Below, one piece after another: positions 61,733 through 64,000 of a stretch of 64,000 nt of DNA. The notes beneath the pieces are model-generated. The model did not search any database. It saw only the letters and a list, made by a program, of their open reading frames with translations, and was not told the DNA's origin. The stretch is from Iphione sp. A-MEVVRFRX5 (lineage: Eukaryota): positions 82,026,001 to 82,090,000 of the forward strand of contig OZ320315.1 in the NCBI GenBank assembly GCA_976226885.1, given 5' to 3'. The position numbers were made by a program, and so were the translations under genes. Position 1 is the first letter of the stretch; every line of letters begins with the position of its first letter.

Positions 61733-63702
61733 CTGGCAAAGACTATCACAGCATGTCTCATTCTGCCCGCCTGCGCGTGTGTGTTTGCGTGTGCGTGTGT
61801 CTGTGCTTCCTCTTTCTGGTTTAGGAGGGTCGGAAGAAACCTGTCCACTCACGTAAATGCAAAACTCATATTATTTTCCCTATATCCTTATGTTCCTATC
61901 CTTTTGTACTCCCGTCTCAAGAATTTCAATGGGTCCGGGTTTTCTTTCCGAATTTCTGCATCCATGACATGGAGAAAAATGATATATCGCAGCACAAGAG
62001 TGATGCCATGCATCCACATCTGTGTTCTGTGTTCCAGAGGGGTCCAAGGACAAAAAATGGCTCTGGGCCATAAATGTACATGTACATTTTTCCAGGATAC
62101 CCACAGGGACCAGTAGAATAGAGAGATAGGGATTTTCAGCCAGATAGATATTGTGTATCATATGATAGATGATGTGAAATGTTTCATAATTTGCATATAA
62201 TTTGCATTTTAAAAATTCACCATTTACTTAGATTTGGGGGGAATTTCCTCGAATCAGCACAAGAGACTTGCCATTTAGATAGAGATCCTCCCGATCAGCA
62301 TACACACACATAACACACAAACACTTCTTATTCCCCCCTGTCTCTCCATATATATACATATATACTAATAATCAGCCAATTTTCCAGACACCCAAACTGT
62401 ATGGAAAATACCGTACACATGGAAAGGCAGCCTAAGATAAGTGCATAAAATTTCTCTCCACTACAAACGCACCTTCAGAGACAGACACACGAAATAACGA
62501 CTGTACATTTTTTAGTAATCTGGACTGTTGTCTACCCCCATCCTTCTTGACCGGGGATGTCGACAAAAATGCATGCGACGTAGCATTGTATTTTCCATTG
62601 ACTTTGTAGTGGAGAGACTGTCAACAAGGAGCACATACACACATACAGACGCACGCACGCATGGAGGGTCCCCCGCATCACTCTCCACACTAATCTGCAT
62701 ATGAAGATAAACGTGAGCTCAGCCTTACCTCGGCCAAGGAGTTGATAGAGACAGCAGTACACGCTCTTGGTAGTTCACTGGCTGCCAAGGACTGTCGTTC
62801 TTCACCTGGGTACTTCCCTCCCTACCATTCACGGTCACAGGGGTCAACCGACGTCCATGTAACCTGGATGCCACTACAAAGAACATGTACTGCTGCCTGT
62901 TCTCATCCGCCCAATACTTCGTTGCACAGTCTCTCCAACGCCAGGGTTGAGCACAAGGATAGCGATACAATCGAATGACTACAGGTTCAGTCCTGGTGGG
63001 GACATGATAAAAAGGATTGTCAACATAATATATACAACAATCGATGTCGTGAAACATAATGCTATGAGTGAAATACAATGTACAGCAACCAAACGGAGAT
63101 TAAAAGGGAAAAAGTATACATTATGTGTAATTAATATGAGTCACATGACATCGATCTAAACTGTTCAGTAATATCAAAAAGGAAAGCCTTTCTTTAACAG
63201 GTAGTTTAGACCGTCTCATACTTACTACGTTGGCTGCTTTTTATATAAGATAATTTAATAATGATATCAACATACATAAGCTATATGTGATGGTGATAGT
63301 GATATATCGATTTTTGAATATGAACTGGAATTCTTGAGATTCATTATGTGAATGCATAATAATCTTAAAATATTTGGCTCTTGCACTTACAACGATCATA
63401 TTTAAAACGGTATATCTTGCAATCAAGAAACACTTTGAGCTCGCGAATATAAGTGCCAAACACATTTTATAGCAACCATATTGATTTTGACTTTATACAT
63501 ACCTATAAGACTGAAAATGCAAATGATTAAAAATAGTAAAATGCTACTAATGATAAGTAAAAATCCGAAGAAACAATATGGGCGCTTTAATGAGTATAGT
63601 CAAAGACATTTTAACATTTGCACTGGTTCCAACCTTATCCAGACTTGCCTAGGCTTTCTCATGTGCAGGTGTAGGCCGATCGAACCTTCTTGAGGTAAAT
63701 CA

Positions 63703-64000
63703 GGCCACCTCACTAAGTCCCCCCTCCCCCCCCAAAAAATAGGTTTGTTTCTGGTAACGACCAGCCAAAAACCTAGGTAGGGAAGGGGGTATCTTTTTTT
63801 TGAATTTTCCACTTTCTTCCTCTGGTTTTTTATAATAATAAAGACAATATAAAGAATTTTGACTAATTTGCATGAGGTTTACAGTTTTTGCTGAATTTCC
63901 ATGCATTTAGTTGTTTTTCTACTGAATTTACAAAAACACATATGCTGTGAAAATACATATCTAAGGAAATTCAGCCTTGGAAACTCTTTGGGGCCAAAAC
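63703..64000. mobile_element. MITE family A copy 3, truncated by the window end
   Basis: AAAAAATAGGTTTGTTTCTGGTAACGACCAGCCAAAAACCTAGGTAGGG...AATTCAGCCTT...CTTTGGGGCCAA closely parallels 8089-8310. Left boundary uncertain (63703 or 63734). Confidence 0.8.

Noticed and set aside
1-64000. Functional tRNA, rRNA, CRISPR arrays, intact transposase or RT genes
   Set aside because: None seen; the tRNA-like sequences cannot form acceptor stems.

Overview
Eukaryotic (animal) genomic DNA, AT-rich with GC-rich patches and no prokaryotic features. Frequent TACATGTA, a tRNA-derived SINE, MITEs and an intronless Kv1 suggest an invertebrate deuterostome such as a lancelet (Branchiostoma-like); this is inference only. 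The one confidently identified gene is a single-exon Shaker/Kv1 (KCNA-family) voltage-gated K+ channel (27636-29414, +). It is atypical: S4 is one charge triplet shorter than canonical Kv1, the S6 gate Val is Thr, the S4-S5/S5 'RE' is 'EG', the C-tail is only 11 residues, and the long N-terminus carries a polyQ/H tract. Its upstream region has splice signals that could form a uORF/microexon switch. A promoter-like motif cluster with a strong splice donor at ~14.1-14.2 kb suggests a second, minus-strand gene whose exons could not be assembled. The rest is intergenic/intronic: three copies of a MITE family (the complete copy has GG...CC ends and a TTA target duplication), one clear and one possible tRNA-derived SINE, microsatellites and isolated hairpins. 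Most short ORFs in the track look like chance frames.
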